A stretch of 61,921 bases of DNA, counting the filler, from Limisphaerales bacterium (GTDB lineage: Bacteria > Verrucomicrobiota > Verrucomicrobiia > Limisphaerales > SIBE01): the NCBI GenBank assembly GCA_044225505.1. It is 3 parts of 3 records of this genome, joined end to end, with 100 filler letters (N's around TTAATTAATTAA, not from the genome) between each part and the next. Parts side by side here need not be neighbours in the genome. Positions count along the whole stretch, not along the records: positions 41,446 to 61,921 come from JBGAIN010000151.1; 2 more parts are not named here. One strand, given 5' to 3'. Position numbers and translations under genes: made by a program. Positions 61,596 through 61,921 of this stretch are shown here, piece by piece. Numbering within the stretch: position 1 is the stretch's first letter; each line of letters begins with the position of its first letter. The notes beneath the pieces are model-generated. The model saw only the letters and a program-made list of their open reading frames with translations. It made no database searches and was not told the DNA's origin.

Positions 61596-61921
61596 TATCT
61601 CTGGCCAGTCGCTCCATCTCGAGTTGATGGCTTAAATGTCTTCCTCACGCTCAGCTCACCCGTTCCCGTTTAAGCGTCCTTACGCTCTCCCGGAATCGGC
61701 CATCGAAGTGGCGCGACCTTCCCAGGTCGCGATTCTCCGGAAAAACGGGTGGAGACGATCGAAGTCTAGCCCGGGGCGGTCTGGTGCAGCGCTTAGTTCT
61801 TGCGCGGCAGCGTTTTGAAGTGCTTCCAAGGTGCTGGCGTTTTGTCCCGAGAGCCACGCAAGCCCCCAACGCAACGATTCCTCGGATCGGTCGCGCCGAC
61901 TGTCGTCCGCAATTTGCGGAC

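Noticed and set aside
60598..61874. Short ORFs in the terminal 1.3-kb region
   Set aside because: No motifs or SD support, and they run through the repeat arrays; treated as non-coding.
1..61921. tRNA/rRNA genes, IS elements, integrases, prophage
   Set aside because: None recognised by eye; tRNAscan, Infernal and ISEScan were not run.

Overview
About 60% GC bacterial chromosomal DNA. The gene repertoire (prepilin/H-X9-DG proteins, ASPIC/FG-GAP proteins, PQQ-like propellers, stand-alone SWIB protein, Tat-exported Gfo/Idh/MocA and TIM-barrel enzymes) points to Verrucomicrobiota, probably Pedosphaera/Limisphaerales-like (inference). The window is three contigs joined by two artificial 100-nt N/TTAATTAATTAA linkers (20611-20710, 41346-41445), so adjacency across them is unverified. 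Contig 1 carries cysS-tmk-rpsT, secreted enzymes, phnW, tatD, a double ferritin-like protein and a truncated sensor kinase. Contig 2 carries a large secreted metzincin, two APC permeases, an ECF sigma/anti-sigma pair divergent from a frameshift-split cupredoxin-Ig-PQQ sugar dehydrogenase-4xCHRD gene (matching promoter motifs face both ways), a damaged uvrA and partial icd. Contig 3 carries an ASPIC protein, an MCP with a sigma28-like promoter and the main candidate new system: a tightly coupled 7-gene operon (DUF2911, secreted PIG-L/LmbE-like amidase, 51-aa membrane protein, sodium:solute symporter, half-length BshC-like protein, bshB1, bshA). It links bacillithiol-type thiol synthesis to a putative envelope processing and uptake module. 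Upstream lies a 1.3-kb non-coding region with 11-bp-phased inverted repeats and a repeated composite dyad motif. All family calls come from motif recognition by eye; no searches were run.
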